A program made the translations under genes and the position numbers. Below the pieces are notes generated by a model. That model searched no databases, was not told the DNA's origin, and worked only from the letters and a program-made list of their open reading frames with translations. Source: Chiloscyllium plagiosum (taxonomy: Eukaryota). From it: 38,207 nt of DNA. Numbering within the stretch: position 1 is the first letter of the stretch; each line of letters begins with the position of its first letter. The DNA lies in the NCBI RefSeq assembly GCF_004010195.1, contig NC_057752.1, positions 7,518,728 to 7,556,934 on the forward strand. Direction: 5' to 3'. Below, piece by piece: positions 23,146 through 34,399 of the stretch.

Positions 23146-23712
23146 TGTGGTGTAAAATTATGTCCCAATACATGTGTGAATCATAATGTAACACATGTAT
23201 TGGGCCAAGCAGTGGAATGTGGTGAAAGGGTTAAAATTGTGTCCCAATACATGTGTGAATCTAACCGAAAATGGAAGGTGTCGCTTAGTCCCGTGTGAAT
23301 CTTATTACACACCTTCCCGTGTGAATCTTCTTATCTGTATGTGACCAGAATGGAATGTGTTTTTCAGCCTTGCTCTGCTGTTCACATGAATGTTTAGATC
23401 TCGAAAAGAGTATATCAGCTGGAAAAGTCTCCAGTTCAGTAGAGTCTGCTCCGGGGTTGCGTTTAACCGCCGAGCGTGGGTTGTTGGCAACCGCTCTACG
23501 AGAACTGACGGCTCCCAGTTCCGGTAACACGTAGAGTGAGTATAAACCAGACCCGTTGTAAGTACGAGACCTGGTTGTGGCGACACTGCGGGGAATAAAA
23601 CACTTATATTCTAGCAGACTCGCCTCTTGGCTGTTTGTTCTGTGTCAGACTACTTTCCTGCGAGCCTGATCCTTGACCTTGAGAATTTTTTAAAACACCC
23701 CCAAAGATAACA
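23146..23712 (+). mobile_element. CpG-rich LTR-like element
   Basis: TG...CA ends, TATAAA 23541, AATAAA 23594, repeated gtgtgaatc motifs; no TSD found, so boundaries are tentative. Confidence 0.55.
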
Positions 23713-24328
23713 GGCTCATAGTACTGCTGTCTTGCCTTGCTGTTTAGCATAGACAAAAGCTGGAAAGCTTATCACTGTTATCAGCACTGTTCAACCATGT
23801 CAAGGTAGACAGTCATCAGTCAGGGGTCTTGGTCAAGTAAATCAAGGGTAGCCTCCAAAACCAGTCCAGGGACATGGACACAGTCAGTCAGCCAATAAGG
23901 GTGGTCAGGGTCAGGATCCTCTCCTTGTAAGGGCCAAATGTCAATCAGTCCACCACCTGTCTGGCTCTTTCTTCCCTACTGTGGGTTGTTTTCTCCAGGA
24001 ATGTGAGAAAGGGAGGGATTGAATGAAATGAAGATGTTGGCACAGCTATTAGCTCTGGTGCTGATGGGTGAAAGGTGGTGAGTTATCTTGTGTAAGTGAG
24101 TAGGTGGCACAGACATCATGCAGACGTTTGGTGGTGTCAGGCATTGGGGTAAGTGAGAGTGAGTAAGATGTTGCATGCGTTAGTGAGAATAGTAGAGTAT
24201 GAGCTTGGTGGGAAGCAGGTGTTGTAACAGAGATAAAGTGAGTGAGAGGTAGCAAAGAGAAGATAGTGGCCCTTACCCTGGCCGAGTGGAGAAGGTCATT
24301 GACCTTCTTCCTAAAGTGCAGGGTATAT

Positions 24329-25016
24329 TGTTATGAAGTTGAAGGCATGTACTGTACCTTTAAGAGAGAGTGAATGCTGTTCTGAACTGAGAGATTACAA
24401 GCACCTGTGTATATGACTAGATGGCAGTCCCAGAGTGTACTGAAAAATTGAAAATATGTAATATTTAGCTGTGAAATGGATACCTGAGTTTTGGTTACTG
24501 TTTTGACAGCAATTCAAATTTAACTAATCAGTTTAAATTATGCCCCAGGATACTAAAACCCAATTGAGTTTGAATTTATTGTTTTGCCAACATCAAATCA
24601 ATGAGACAATCCAATGTGGGGGGTATAAAAATGTGGATATTTTGAAAATTAGAGAAAGAACAACTGCCGTCGAGACAGAAATGCATGGAGATCTAATATG
24701 TAATATCTAATAACTCAGGGAGATCCTCCGGAAGAAGAAAGACACAGAAGATGACAGCAACTATGTGGTTTTGAACTTAAGTTGATGTCATTTTATTAAG
24801 TGTCTTATTGGAATGGCATATTATTACAGAGTTGAAGGCAGATAGTAAGCAGTGAAGAGAAACGAGGGTTTAGATTTGTGAATAGTTGTTATTTAATGTT
24901 GGTTTTTAGAGTTAGGGATTTGGGAGTTCTCTGTCACTCATATTTTATGAGGCGAGGCAAGCTTTGCTGGGTGTTTGAGTTTAAGTAACAGAGGGGTTCA
25001 CCTTCATGTCGTAACA
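24329..25016 (+). mobile_element. Solo LTR with 4-bp TSD
   Basis: TGTTATGA...TCGTAACA inverted termini; ATAT at 24325-24328 and 25017-25020; TATAAA near 24624; removing it restores the Myb reading frame. Confidence 0.9.
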
Positions 25017-25311
25017 ATATCTCCAGACAGTTGAGAGTGCACTGTCCCAAGTGGCAACTTTGAACCAGGCTAACATGGTCAGATACTGTGACCTCTGCTG
25101 CTGGTCCTGGGGAAGAGGAAACCCCATGTTAGTATCACTGTCCAGCAGGATCTCCAGTTCCCTGTCCACAATCAAAATGCAATTTCCCCTTCTATGTCAT
25201 ATCTGGGACAAATGTCAGACATTGTGCAGAGTAACTCTGGACTGACAGTGCTTATCCAGGTAGTAATGGACTTTCAAATATGGCACTGGTGCCAGTCTAT
25301 TCCATAATAAC

Positions 25312-25856
25312 TGTTACGGACCAGGCCAAACCCCCTCCAAACGTTTTAAGAAGGTAGCCCAGACCCTAACTTATTACTTTTTTTTAGGCAGATGGAAAGT
25401 GGATATTCCAGGTGTTAAACAAAACAGAATTTATTTAAACATTACGGATTACAGCAACTTAATGAAGCTGTTCCAATCCCTGCAATATTTCATAAACACA
25501 CCCTTTGTCAAAAGGTAAATTCAAACACAGGTTCTTACAAGCAGGAGAGGTTTTAGACAGAAGAGTCAGATGAGCAACATCCATCGAAGCGTGGAACCTC
25601 TTTTTACTGTAGTTGTTTCTCTAGGTCCCCAGCAGTTTTTTGACTGCGTACTAAAACTAAATCAAACTAGAAAAGCCTGAACTGGGAGAACTGGCCACTC
25701 CCCTTTCATTGTACAACTGTTTTCAAAAAACCTAAAGGCCTCTTCTGATTGTGGACTTAGGCAGTTTCTGTCAGCCATTTCAGCACCACTGCTTTTACAA
25801 CCCCTCTTCAAAAAAAAAGGACAAAATAACCTTGTTAAAGGAGCAGCATCATCACA
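25312..25856. mobile_element. Solo LTR with 4-bp TSD
   Basis: TGTTACG...CATCACA termini; TAAC at 25308-25311 and 25857-25860. Confidence 0.85.
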
Positions 25857-26177
25857 TAACCCAGCAGTGGTGAATTCCTCCGAGAATGGTGTGTGATTAG
25901 AATCAGCTAATTACTGAGGTGAGTTTGGGATGATATGGTGAGAAATCCTGTTTGGCATTGCAGGGGGAAACTGTCCATAAAACTCAACAAAATTCCCACT
26001 TAAACAAAATATGACAAAATTCAGCCTGCAAAGTTGAAAATACCATTATTACAAAGCTCCCATATGCTAGGGGTGAAGGCATCCATTAAAGTTACTGCTT
26101 CATGAGCTAAAGTATGAATTTAGTGGCCATGAAAGTGAATGATATTACTCTTGCTAAATCAAATACTGTTGACCCTG

Positions 26178-26280
26178 AAACTAAAACAGATATTGCTGGA
26201 GAAACCTAGCAGGTCTGGCAGCATCTGTGGATAGAAAGCAGAATTAACGTTCAGGTCCTGCGACTCTTCTTCAGACCATG
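26178..26280 (-). mobile_element. Short Penelope-derived element (family D) with degenerate hammerhead
   Basis: Minus strand CTGAAGA-agagtc(gcag)gacct-GAAc-gtta; GAAA box damaged; related to 6628-6710 and 34320-34398. Confidence 0.68.
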
Positions 26281-26646
26281 TGAACACCTGTTTTTGTTTA
26301 GTACTTTTGACCCAGATGTCAATGAAAACTATTTCTAAGATAGGCCTAATGCAGAGTAAAGCTCTTCCCAAGCAAAAACAGTTCTCCCACTTCTTTGCCA
26401 AGGGCTCCATTTCATACAGCAACAATCCTTTGCCTTCTCTATTGACATTGCCAGTGTTGGCAGTTCTGCTTTGTGAATCTATGTGTTGTGGAGAAAGTCT
26501 GTATCATCAACACATTTTATCTTATTCTTGAATGTTATTTCTTTCATTGTTGCGGGTAATGCTTGTGTTATATGACTCGGTGGCATTTATAGTGTAGTTT
26601 ATTTATATTATAATTAAGACCTAAGACTTGACAAAAATGCTGACTA

Positions 26647-26865
26647 CAGGCCGTTCTGCTATAACGCACATTTCATTAACGCTTATTCGCTATAACACGA
26701 TTGGCGAACTGGGGACGTTGTTTCTAAAGTGCAAAGTTTTAAAGAGTGTATTGGTTCTACCGTGATTCCGGCCCCATTAGTTTAGTTGGTGCTGCTAATA
26801 CACGATTGTCTTATAACATGGAATTGCACGAGAACGGAACTGCCACATTATAAAAGAGCTGACCG
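26647..26865. mobile_element. TA-flanked MITE (Tc1/mariner-pogo/Tigger-like)
   Basis: TA|caggccgttctgctataacg ... cattataaaagagctgaccg|TA, with internal repeats of gctataac. Confidence 0.75.
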
Positions 26866-28919
26866 TACCTGCATTTTCAAAATATTGACTATTATGGAAA
26901 CTTGCCTTTATATTAATCAGCCAGTTCTGTTTTGGAAGACAAACTGATAGCTGTTCTAATCTTTTTTGGTCTGGATGCTTAAAAATTTCATGAATTATTA
27001 TTTTAAGATTTGACTAATTTAAATCCCCCAGGAAAGGAGGGGAGAAAAGGACTGAGACAATATAAGAAAGAAAACCAATCTCAATATTCGTTGATTGGTT
27101 TTAAGTTCATAAGCAGGATGAGAATGTACAAAATCTGTTTAAAACACTGAATTAATGAATTGAATTGTTAAAAGTTAGGTGGATGTGCTCTTTTGAATCA
27201 CAATTGTTTAGTTACATTTCAGCTCTTCCCTGGTGAGTTCTTCACCTTCATTTCTTGGAGAGATTATTATTGACAAATTGCTTACACTCAGAGGATTGTG
27301 ATCATTCTTTCCATGCATGTGATAATAATCAGTATGCAGAAGAATTCAGGAAATATCTGATACAGTTATAACTGGGGATAAAATAAGCAAAAAGAAATCA
27401 CATTGGCATAAAATATCTCATGTTATTATTATCAAAATCCACCTTACCTGCATCAAAGAAATGGTTAGGTTCACATATTTATGGATTACAATAATTTAGA
27501 TCTGCAAATAAGCTAAATATGATAAACCATATGTTGAATGGAGATGAAATGTTAGAGGAAAAACTATAATACAACTAAGTGTAAGATTGTGAATTAATTA
27601 TGCTAATTTAGCAATTAACTTGTGCAAAATATATGCAAAGCAAAATAGATTTTCCCCTGGACCACAAAACTTAGATTTCAAATCCTATAGAAGGCTAATC
27701 CTAGTTTAGGGAATAGTGAAACGTAATTAAGAAAACATATTTTCTTAAAACCACACTTAAATCATTTCATTTCTTCTTCATCTGTTGAAAATAACTTTGT
27801 GCTTGAGCAGTGAAGTGCTGCTTATTTTATTCAGGGCCCTTGCAACCAGCAGGTGAATCTAGGCAGTTGCCTGGACCAGCAAGATTTGACAGGGGAGGAG
27901 AGTGGCTGGCAAGAATCTGCCATATTTTAAAAATCAGAATGGAAAGCCAGCCAGAGACCCATAAAGCTCAGCATCAATCACCTGATACCCAAAAAGAAAA
28001 ATTCCAGACGATTTCAAAACAATGTTTTAAACAAAGCAGTCCCTTAATTCATCACTGGCAAACAAGGGACAAGAAACTCCATCCTCCATCTTCATGAGGC
28101 ATTGTAAATGTTAGTCTGAGTGGGATGGTTATGAGCTGGGCTTTTGACCACTTCCATTTCAATCGGGCTAGTGATTTGTTTTTAAGTTTTACTTCAAGTG
28201 TTCTCACATTATTTAGATTAATGACTATGACCGGAAGTTAACCAATCTTCAGCCTGCCCATTGCTCTGATGTGTTCACACAATGAGGAGTTTGAGTTCCC
28301 AGTGTAGAAGCACAGTTCACAGTTATTTAAATAATTTAAGTGCAACAGAGAACCAATTCCATGTCACATGTAGACTTTTCCCAAATGTTAAAAGTTGGTG
28401 TTTCTCCAGTGCAGATTACCTTCACCATGCTGTACTGTTGCTTATATATTTTATAGCTAAACTTAGTAAGGACAGAGCCAAAAACCCTGGGTAGATTTTT
28501 GGAAACAAAGGATCCTATTTTAGTGAGAATAGGTGCTGAAAAGGGAACTCATGTTTAATTGTGGACTGTACCGTTTGCTTGCTTAACCAAAATATGCATT
28601 TTCCCCACCTACTGCAGGCGAAATTCCTCTACGTCTGTGTGCAGTGTAGTTGTCATAATATCTACTTTCTCATACATGAATATTCATATAATACTGCTGC
28701 ATAAAATGTCTGGGTATTTATAATATGTGCAACACATATAATAAAGCCTTTAATGTATATGTTTATATAACATTGTAAAAGGTTGAGTGCCAGATCTGCC
28801 ATAGTTCCACTATCATTAACAAATATTACGTGAGATGTTGTACTATAAGGCCTGCTGGTGACTGTGTTATTGCTCAGTGCAATCAGCTTGTTTCTGTAAG
28901 TGGTTTTATGGTCATTATT

Positions 28920-28995
28920 TTTATTTGTTTGGGAGACATGGGCGTCGCTAACTGGCTAGCATTTATTGCTCGTCCCTAGTTGCCCTTGAGGATGT
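28920..28995 (-). mobile_element. SINE/LINE 3' tail fragment
   Basis: gcatttattgctcgtccctagttgcccttgag matches the tail at 12417-12452. Confidence 0.7.
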
Positions 28996-29199
28996 TTGAC
29001 TTTGCAAAAGGTATAATGCTTGGTATCATTGCACTCTTATTTTCAAAATGTTGTATTGCTTACAGATTTTATCTGCTGCTTGATCGAATGTGAATTCCCA
29101 TGTTAACTTGCTCCCTAAGTCCATCCCCAAGTTCCCAGGATTTGATTCCTCTTAGCAATTACTCATGCTGCACTGATGGTTTTTCATGTTAGTTCCATT

Positions 29200-30330
29200 A
29201 ACATCTCCCAGAATATGTCCAGAGTTGGCAGATCCATTCACTCTATGTATCTGTTCTGTTTAGGAAATGCACATGTAATCAGTGTTCTTCCTTCTTTGAG
29301 TGCTTTTGGGGGTGTTCGGGAGAAGATTGGGGTGCACCAGGCTGGAGTTTTCTGGGGCAGCACGTACCCTGGTGTTGGCCTTGATTTTTTCCTTCTTTTC
29401 AGTCGACTATCCTGTCTGTGTTATTCTGCACTCAGGATGGCCAAACATGTTATACATGTGTGTGGTGCCTGATATTGCAATCCCTTCTGTCATTCTTTTC
29501 GGGATTTGCTCCTCTCCTTCTTTGGTCTTTGATTTTTGGTCACCAGATGTATGGAACAAGCAAGTTAAACAGGGAGATCTGCTAGTTGTTTTGCTTCTGG
29601 GCCTGTTAAAAGCCAGAATGTGCAGGTACAAGTTTTAGAAGATTATCAGGAGTGGTCTCTGTCTGCAAGCCTATATCTGAGAGTTCTGTTATGTTCTCAG
29701 GTCAGGAAGGAAGCCAATGGAAGGCAGATTGGAAATTGCCAGCTGTTTTAATGTAAGACTGGGAGGACCACTCCTACTACTGTTAATTACATATTCAGGT
29801 AAGTAAGAAACTTTCAACATATTTGAACCTCTGGTTGTTTCTTTAATGGCCATGGTTTTGGTACAGGGCATGAGAAATCTGGTTGCAGAACTTATGGCAC
29901 AGGCTAAAAACATGGGCACTGTACAATCACATTTCTCAGCTATTGACACAGTGAAGTTTTTGTTTTTCAAGATTCTTTCTTGCTAAGATGATTCTGTCCA
30001 TTTAAAAATATGAAAGACCAATAACTGAAACAATTAAGTTATTGTTGAATAATTTTCTGAAGGTCTTGAACATTATTGAACGAGCTCCTGTTGCTTTTAT
30101 TTATTCTGGGCAGTTATTTGCAAATAAAAATGCATCAACTATTATTCCACCTGAGGTACAAACATGGAAGTGTTTGTGTAAACTGCAACCACATGCAGGG
30201 GAATTGATCCCTAGATTATACGATTCACTAGTTTGTTGTTTAGAGACTTCTAGTCCCAATCTCCTCAAAGTAACTTTGACTTTTCTTAATTCTCTCGCAT
30301 AACATGATAAGCTAGAAGACAAAAATGCTA
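29200..30330 (-). pseudogene. Ancient, highly decayed Gypsy-type integrase region
   Basis: Collinear degenerate motifs: CPE*IKATGARS (HPGI..MK..ARS), YLPEYVINSSRSGP (GLPE.IVSDNGP), LADR/TTP..LVPAH/LAFNR (LAYRTTP..SPAELLFNR), TPKSTQRR. Confidence 0.55.
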
Positions 30331-30554
30331 ATAATATTTACACAGACAGGATACATCACTGGCTCATTCATTATATGGTGTAGAATTTTACATTTAATTA
30401 TCACAGCTATTAATGAATGTTAGCATTTGTGCAGGATTTTATTCCACACAAATTATTTCTTCCATTCATAATCCATCTTTACTCAATCTTTTGCTGGCAA
30501 TTTCTTTCTCTTTGTTCAAGTTCATTTAGCTTATATGTGGTCAGTGTATAAAGC

Positions 30555-30772
30555 TTTGTTGGCTGGACAGCTAGTTTGCAATGCAGAATGATGCCAACAG
30601 AGTGGGTTCAATTCCTGCACTGGTTGAAGCTACCATGAAGGACTCTCCTTCTCAATCTCACCCCTTATCTGAGGCATGGTGATCCTCAGGTTAAACAACC
30701 ATCAGTCATACCTCTTTCTCTAATGAGGGAGCAGTCTTATGGTCTGGTTATACTATGGTGATGTTACCTTTA
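30555..30772 (+). mobile_element. tRNA-derived SINE
   Basis: gttggctggacagctagtttgc...gtgggttcaattcc (B box) ... tactatggtgatgttaccttta tail. Confidence 0.65.
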
Positions 30773-31470
30773 GTGCCTTGAAGGAATAATTAAATTTTGC
30801 TTTTCAACAAACATATGAGTTTTGTTTCACCCAGTTTTGAAGACATAGTTTCTTTATTTCTTTTGCAAGTCTAACCAACAACTCCCATTTTTTTTATCTT
30901 ATGTGGATTCAGTCTTAACCTTTCTTCATCCTATGACATCTCTGACTCATTATGTGCTCCAACCTTAAACAGGGCTCCGACATCTCTTTTATCACTGAGG
31001 TTGTCTTCAAAAACTAGACTTGTCCCATCACAAAAACAATTTCCCACCAGTGAGTTCTTAGTTCAGTATAAATCCTATACAGTATTAGGGATTGGGTTGA
31101 ATTTGCAATTTTAGCTACCAAACATTTAATCCAGATGTTTTAATGATAATCTCCAAAACTGAAACCTCCCTCAGTTCCTCCATAATCAGACACTGAATTT
31201 GTTATTTCATCAGAATAAATTTTAATTGTTTGTGATATAGATTACCAGGTAAAGTCATTGAAGCAGATCGTATAAATGGATTCAAAGAATAACTGGACAA
31301 GTTACTGTAGAGAGAAGGAATTAAGCAACCCCATAAGAAGATATATAGGTGAAACTGTTCTTTGTAAAAGTGGAAAACATGTTTGGATTTGGATGGTTCC
31401 TAAAAATACTTATCTTCTTTAACTTTTACTGGTGGCGGATATTGTGGAGGACTGCTTGAAGTTATAAGTA

Positions 31471-31666
31471 CAAGTCGTTCTGCTATAATGTGACAGCTGT
31501 GTTCCTCTGCAACCTTGTGCTATGGAAAACTGCTATAGAAAATCCCGCTGTAGAAGATTGCTAATAGAAAATTGCTATACCTGTTCAGTAGAAAGTTCGC
31601 GTTATCCAAACAATGTCCACAATTAATCAATCGCGTTATAGCCAATTTGCGCTGATGAAACGCCTG
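31471..31666. mobile_element. TA-flanked MITE, same family as 26647-26865 (reverse orientation, one end partly deleted)
   Basis: TA|caagtcgttctgctataatg...cgcgttatagccaatttgcgctgatgaaacgcctg|TA. Confidence 0.72.
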
Positions 31667-32748
31667 TAGGCTCCAGTTACTGAATATTAAAACAAACTGA
31701 AATGCTACTCTCAATTATAACTGATCTCACTTTTATTTATCATTAGAGGGGAAGGTCTGTGATCTTATATTACAGGATATTGATACATATGGAACTTTTG
31801 GTGCCTTGATTTATCAGCGTCACTGGAACCTTAAGATCAACATTTACATTTTACTTGTCAATGTTTTTATCTTTATTTCCCTGAAGGTTCTTGTATTTTC
31901 CTCAATGTTAACTATAAACCAATTGAGATATGTGAAAATAATGAAAACTGTCTGACATTGTGTTACTTTATGCACAAATATAATCATTCCACCTAGTTGA
32001 GGGGAGTCCTTCATTAATTCATGAGTACTGTGGACAATTGGCTCAATGTATTGATAGTGTCTAGGCTGGGAAAACTTAGTTGTAGAAATAGCAATTCCAT
32101 TTTGTTTAACCTACATAAATCCTGTAAAAAAGTGGAATTATGCTTGTCAGTGTCTAAAAATATATTCCACTACATCTATAATCTCGACAAAATTAAACTA
32201 TCTCCTGGTGACAATCTTTTGACTTATAGGACATAATAAAGATTTTAAAATACAGTAGGCTACTCAAGCTGTAGTAATATAAAAGTTTGTTTATCTGATT
32301 TCAGAAAGCCTTCAGCTAATTCAGCAATCAGATTTGATCCTTCTCTCAAGAAAAAGACACAAATGTCTTCAAGGGTTCTACTCCCACCAGCGACAAGAGT
32401 CCTTTGCCAATAATTTCATATTTTGTGTTAACATAATGAAGTTTGATAGCTTAGTGTTTTCACCACAGAAACAAAAGTTTTGTCAGGGCAAAGCCTAACT
32501 CAAAATTCATGATCTGCCATTGTGTTGTGGGCTTTTGCTTCCAGCAGGGTATTTATACCTAATGGGTTAATACTTATTTAAGTTTCCAGAATATAAGAAA
32601 TAGATGTGGATAACATGGTACTGAAAGATTCAATAGATTTTTATTACAGCTTCTGGTATGCATATATATTATAATCACAGGAATTCAAGTGCCTGGGCTA
32701 GTACTAAGTATTCAGTTACAAACACTAGCACCCGACAATCAGCATGCT

Positions 32749-32877
32749 ATCCTGATGAAGGGCTTTTGCCTGAAATGTCAATTTTCTTGCTCCTTGGATG
32801 CTGCCTGACCTGCTGTGCTTTTCCAGCACCACACTCTTGACTCTAATCTCCAGCATCTGCAGTCCTCACCTTCGTCT
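32749..32877 (+). mobile_element. Older family C hammerhead element
   Basis: atc-CTGATGA-agggc(tttt)gcct-GAAA-tGTC-aat, then ggatgctgcctgacctgctgtgcttttccagc...ctccagcatctgcagtcctcac; CpG-decayed relative to 18987. Confidence 0.82.
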
Positions 32878-33249
32878 ATGCTTAAAGAGGCCCCAATTAA
32901 GATAGAGACTGAAACCTCAGGACACATGCTGTGAGCCAGTGATGGTACCTGGAAGGTACATAGCGTACTAGCTGTGAGACATACCACAACATCTCTTAAT
33001 TTCAAAAAGAAAAGCAAATAAATCCCAAACAGGTGTACATGATTATGCACGGGCATGTGTTGTCAATTTGATAAGTATACAAACAGTTAAAAAAAGTTAA
33101 CATGATTAACAGTTCAAGCTTCACTGTAATGTTTTGGAAATTTAACAACTGGATTTGGAGGTTGTAAACCTGTCTGAAGAGGTGTGTTGTGCTCAGATAC
33201 TGTTGGTCGACAGTCCTGGTTGTCTTGCTGCTGCTTCCTGTCATTCACA

Positions 33250-34320
33250 TCGAAGCACAATCATCACTGGAGTCTGTTTCCACACTCTCTTCATGATTGA
33301 TTGATGGGTCATACATTGGTCTAAGCTGGCTTCTGTTCGTTCACAATGTAACACCATGATCAGTAATGACTTACACGATCTGGACTGGTTACATATACTA
33401 GAAACCTTTGCTGGTATCCAAGTATCCCTATCTAGATTTCTGACTCGTACTCTCTGTCCAGTGCATAAGTTTGTTAGTTCTCTAGCTGTTCACCGGTCAT
33501 ACATCTCTTCCATTCTCCTTTGTTTTTGACAGAAAATGTCCCACATCTCAGAATGGTTGATAATTGGTTGCTGGGCAAAATTATTTGTACTTACCTTCCA
33601 AGATAAGTTGTGCTGGGCTTGGTAATTCCTTGTCCATTAGTGTTGCATGAAAATTCAGCGATACAATATGACAATCTTGTTCTGTTGCTTCACACTCGAT
33701 GATCAGATTTGATAGTATGAACCATATATTCTGCTAGACCATTTGAGCAAGGATAGTGGAGTAATGATGTGATATGGGTCACATGCCTTCACACAAATTG
33801 TCAGTGAACTGCAGTCCATCGTCAGATACTATCCATTCCAGTACACCAAATAATCTGAAAGTAATGCTCATCAAGTCAACAATGGTTGCATTTGTTGTGT
33901 TGCGAAGCTGTCGAAAAATGGGAATTTTGGAGAAGTAATTGATCACAAACATGCAATCTTCCCTATGCCCAGTAAATATAGTTGTTGCTGTTTTTGTCCA
34001 AGGAGTAAATGGAACATCATTTATATCTAGAGGCTTCTTCCACTGGTGGGGTTGGTGCATTTGGCATGCCCCACATGCCTTCACCAGTCATTGAATATCC
34101 TGGTTCATTCCTGGCCAGTACATAAATTTACATGCTAGCATTTTTGAGTGTTCAATACCCATGTGTCCTGGTGTAACATGGACATGTCATCCTTGCAGAA
34201 TGCTTTTGGTATCAGAACTTCTTTCCCTTGCCATAATATACCAAGTTGTTTCTGTATGGCCACATAAGTGAAGGTTCTCAGGAACTTTTTAATTTTGTCA
34301 GGCAATCCTTGGATAATGTA
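33250..34320 (-). pseudogene. Gypsy integrase remnant
   Basis: YWPGMNQDI; ORF 33779..34084 KACGACQ..PFTPWTK..VINYFSK..FGVLEWIVSDDGLQFT. Confidence 0.82.
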
Positions 34321-34399
34321 GCAAAACTCAGAAATTGCTGGAAAATCGTAGCAGGTCTGGCAGCATCTGTGGAGAGAAATAAGAGTTAACACTTCAGTA

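Larger units (their letters stand above)
22441..26026 (-). mobile_element. Decayed Harbinger-type DNA transposon with Myb/SANT gene remnant, hosting three LTR-like inserts
   Basis: Imperfect TIRs gggcagaaactt / aaaattcagcct; minus-strand Myb/SANT exon 1 (25190-25021 + 24328-24277, gtaagg donor) and exon 2 (~23995-23900, EKTTHSREERA/TGGGLIDIWPL). Confidence 0.62.

Noticed and set aside
23164..23330. CRISPR-like spaced repeats (gtgtgaatc)
   Set aside because: Short, irregularly spaced, eukaryotic context, no cas genes
29176..30380. Long semi-open plus-strand frames with a passing resemblance to a negative-strand RNA virus nucleoprotein or a HEAT-repeat protein
   Set aside because: Resemblance is only a few residues; the minus strand carries an ordered series of Gypsy integrase motifs, so the plus frames are more likely antisense shadows
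31652..31662. ctgatgaaac as a hammerhead
   Set aside because: No stem II between the boxes; lies within a MITE
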